Position numbers and translations under genes: made by a program. Below are positions 58,715-61,401 of a stretch of DNA of 61,401 nt, piece by piece. A model generated the notes under the pieces. It saw only the letters and a program-made list of their open reading frames with translations, had not been told where the DNA came from and did no database searches. Within the stretch, counting starts at the first letter, position 1, and each line of letters begins with the position of its first letter. The DNA comes from a virus (lineage: Duplodnaviria > Caudoviricetes). Location: IMG/VR virus record IMGVR_UViG_3300030047_000019, positions 1 through 61,401 of that record, one strand, 5' to 3'.

Positions 58715-59020
58715 TTAGAAAGGAAGATCATCTTCAGCAGGCTCTTTCTTCGATTTCTTTTTTGAAGATTTTTGAGCTTTCTTCTGTTCTTCAGGGCCAT
58801 AAGGCTGTTCGCTCTGTTCTTTGGTCTGGTAGTAACAAGTGTGGGTACGGTTGAATTTGTCGGGGCTTTTCATTTTAGCCACTTCAAACGAGAGGTAGGT
58901 GATTCCGTTCTTTTCGAACGTTGCCTTTAGGGCGTCTTCCATTGGGATTACTACTTTCACGATGTCGAGATCGTTTACCTGAGTTCCTTTACCGATGTAA
59001 TGTTTTTCAAAAGTTGTCAT
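58715..59020 (-). CDS. Small protein with SSB-like acidic C-terminal tail (DDLPF)
   Basis: YIGKG..., ends in EDDLPF. Confidence 0.6.
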   Translation of the reverse strand: MTTFEKHYIGKGTQVNDLDIVKVVIPMEDALKATFEKNGITYLSFEVAKMKSPDKFNRTHTCYYQTKEQSEQPYGPEEQKKAQKSSKKKSKKEPAEDDLPF

Positions 59021-59558
59021 AACTGAAAAGTTTAAGTTAAAAAATGATATGCAGGTAATCGGCTACTTGAACCGGAGCCGGCAAAGAGGAACTGGAATAC
59101 CGGTAAGCAGCGCTTGTCCTGAACTTGTTTCAGGAAGGATATGCCGGGAAAATCCTTGACGGGTTCCACTTCTCCGAGGGCAAGGAAGCCACCTTAGCAG
59201 ATTATTTGGCAAACTAAACCAGGCATGATCCACTTGAACATTACACCGATATGGGATAGGAAGGTGATATCGACAGCCGGGAGTAATCGCCGGATGACAG
59301 CCTGGCATATTCGAAACTGGAATAAACCTATAGGTTGATCGGGACTGAAAAACATGACGAACGTACTCATGCCATTCACCAGACCAAAGATCGAATTGCC
59401 ACCATGAGCCCAAAGAAAGTTGACGGCAAAAAGGAAGAAAGGCCGGAAGGTGATCTATCAAAAATAATTGCTCCGGAAATTGGGGGATAAAGAAAAAACG
59501 GGGAGTATGGAGCTTCTGAGTCAACGAACAAAAAAAGGGGCGTTAGCCCCTCTCTTTG

Positions 59559-59933
59559 TCAAAGATTGATCAGTTCTTCAACATCTCTTACCTTGCCATC
59601 CAGTGTCCTCTTCATTTCGTCGATCACTGAGGTAATCACTGCCGAGTTTGAAGTTTTGAATTCATTCCCGTTGGCATCCCTCAGACTGATCACTGAACTC
59701 AGCGAATCGGCCCCGATCTGGAAGGTCTGCAACTTCCTTCTCGAATCGTTCAGTGTCTTCCACCGGTCAATCAGCATCGACAAATCTTCCACCCGCTGGA
59801 TCCGTTCCTCCAGACTCAGCTTGCGAGGTTCTTCAACTACGTCCTTAACCACCGTTAGAACTGGAGCAACTTCAACAACTTCAACAACTTCAGCAACTAC
59901 TGCTGTTTTTTCGGCAACATTTGTTTTACCCAT
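59559..59933 (-). CDS. Hypothetical coiled-coil protein
   Basis: 124 aa, preceded by the conserved leader motif. Confidence 0.6.
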   Translation of the reverse strand: MGKTNVAEKTAVVAEVVEVVEVAPVLTVVKDVVEEPRKLSLEERIQRVEDLSMLIDRWKTLNDSRRKLQTFQIGADSLSSVISLRDANGNEFKTSNSAVITSVIDEMKRTLDGKVRDVEELINL

Positions 59934-59984
59934 AACATTATGCCGCTGCCCTGCGGACTTATTTTGGCATCTGGCTCAGCCGGT

Positions 59985-60163
59985 TAAATTTAAATTACGG
60001 GAAATCACCATTGAGCCGGACGGATTCTAGTCAAGGGCGAATGTCAGTTTCGAAGAAAGTGACCAAGTGCGAAGCATGGAATGGAATAGGTTATTCTGTA
60101 TTTCAATCCCCATTCCACCCTTTACTTTTCCGGACGGCGATCAATACCTTTGCCCGGAATTTG
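59985..60163. promoter_or_regulatory. Frpo-like long hairpin, copy B
   Basis: Close to copy A in sequence; TTTA-N20-TACCTTTG on the 3' arm. Confidence 0.6.
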
Positions 60164-60244
60164 AGTGTAACAAGCAATTCTCTGTCAACTTCGTAAAGCC
60201 TTACCATTTGTAGCGACCAAAAAAAGGGGCGCAAGCCCCTCACA

Positions 60245-60388
60245 TTACAATCCCGGATCAGCATCTGAATACGATTCATCACCATGTCCGGTACCACCGA
60301 AATCTTCATCCTATCCACATACGTCAAAATGCTCATTGTAGGAGTCACACATCGAGCAATCACCATCTGGTCTGATACAATATGCCAT
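60245..60388 (-). pseudogene. Cys-rich/acidic mini-ORF interrupted by in-frame TAG
   Basis: MAYCIRPDGDCSMCDSYNEHFDVCG*DEDFGGTGHGDESYSDADPGL; conserved leader upstream, terminator downstream. Confidence 0.5.
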
Positions 60389-60443
60389 AGTTACTTTGCC
60401 GCTGCCCTGCGGGCTTATTTTGGCATCTGGCACGCCCGGTTAA

Positions 60444-60929
60444 TTACTGAATAAAATTTCCCTGATTTGCATACTTCGATTCAACCTTCTCTGATCCCCA
60501 GGTATCCCGCATTTCATCCATCGATTGAATCTTGCCGTTTTTCTTCTTGTATTCACCTTTGTGCCAGTACCAGGCAGCTTTAGGATGTGAGAACCAGAAT
60601 CCTTCAGACTTCAATGTTTCACGGACCGCAAACGTGTTACCGGTGATCCATATCCATGAACCAATCATCTCAATTTCGATTCCGGGAATGAAGATTATGC
60701 GGTCAAGCCTTTGTTTGATTTCTTCTGAAACCTGTTGCTCATATTCCTTCCTTGCTTCCGTAAAATCAGTATTCGAGTTGATAAGCCTTTTCGAAAGCCT
60801 TTCATACTGATCATTAATAACCTGCATTGTTGCAGTGTCGCCGCCTTTATCCGGATGATACAGAAATGCAAGGCGTCGGTACTCCTTGCGTAACTCATCC
60901 AATGTCTTAACACCTTCGAAAAATTTCAT
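60444..60929 (-). CDS. J-domain (HPD) protein
   Basis: LRKEYRRLAFLYHPDKGGD...MQVIN; C-terminal GSWIWITGNT domain. Confidence 0.8.
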   Translation of the reverse strand: MKFFEGVKTLDELRKEYRRLAFLYHPDKGGDTATMQVINDQYERLSKRLINSNTDFTEARKEYEQQVSEEIKQRLDRIIFIPGIEIEMIGSWIWITGNTFAVRETLKSEGFWFSHPKAAWYWHKGEYKKKNGKIQSMDEMRDTWGSEKVESKYANQGNFIQ

Positions 60930-60976
60930 TGAGTTCACCGCTGCCCTGCGGATTTATGTAGGCTGGCTCTCCTGTT

Positions 60977-61093
60977 AATTTTGAGCCAACCACCCATTGA
61001 ACAGACCGGATTCTAGTCAAGGGTAGTTCCGGTAATCAAGGTCAAAACCCCTTGACTTTTCCGGGATGCGATCAATAACTTCGCGGCAAAATT
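60977..61093. promoter_or_regulatory. Frpo-like long hairpin, copy D
   Basis: agtcaaggg/cccttgact, ccgga/tccgg, attga/tcaat; TTGA-N20-TAACTTCG on the 3' arm. Confidence 0.6.
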
Positions 61094-61401
61094 GTAGGAG
61101 AGATAATACCACTCTGTCCTCTGGGCGATCCATCGGCAGTCTCTTTTGGTTCTTTTCTCTGATGCCTTGCCTGCAAATTCAGAGAAAAGAACTGCGCAAA
61201 ATTTTTAGGAGCATAGCTGGTCCCTGAAAATTCATGAGTTTGCAAAACGAATGGCGCAAGGTTCTTTTTGGTCGCTTTTTCTTACAAGAAAAAGCGTAGA
61301 GGACAATTCGCCCTTATAAAGTTCATTTTCTCATAAATTGCTGTAATTTATGCCATTCCGACAATAAAAACGCTCAAACGTTTTTATTTAACAAGGGACT
61401 G

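Larger units (their letters stand above)
1..61401. mobile_element. Temperate tailed phage genome (likely complete or near-complete, excised form), Bacteroidota host inferred
   Basis: Head, tail, lysis, replication, lysogeny and integrase modules all present; no host housekeeping genes; attP-like site internal. Confidence 0.93.

Noticed and set aside
60311-60313. Genome-wide TAG recoding
   Set aside because: Long genes are intact in the standard code, several end in TAG (for example at 17152, 29202, 49021), and no suppressor tRNA is seen

Overview
The whole 61.4-kb window reads as one temperate tailed (siphovirus-like) phage genome. TAnnTTTG promoters and the gene families point to a Bacteroidota host. 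Almost all genes are on the minus strand: terminase, protease/capsid, portal, tape measure and tail, lysis, DnaB/VapE replication, CI/Cro switch, antirepressor with an Arc-like gene, tRNA-Met(CAT) and a tyrosine integrase. The integrase sits mid-window beside an apparently intact attP (tmRNA/tRNA 3'-end-like core, inverted arm repeats), suggesting the excised or packaged form. Main observations: (1) A diversity-generating retroelement whose single 81-bp TR matches four VRs by adenine-only substitutions, in three small non-tail genes, one a tandem two-VR gene 41 kb away next to the portal. There is no recognisable avd, and the RT motif-A Asp is replaced by Asn. (2) Four long hairpins built like Frpo-type single-stranded-DNA promoters, upstream of plasmid-leading-region-type genes (RadC/JAB, J-domain, methylases), unexpected in a dsDNA phage. 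(3) Eight copies of a TGTCCTTT-N20-TAnnTTyG putative late promoter. (4) Glycosyltransferase/Stealth genes in the head-packaging module. (5) Circularly permuted FISUMP domains. (6) Dense REP-like and short tandem repeats, some in frame inside genes. Product calls rest on motif recognition by eye; no database searches were run.
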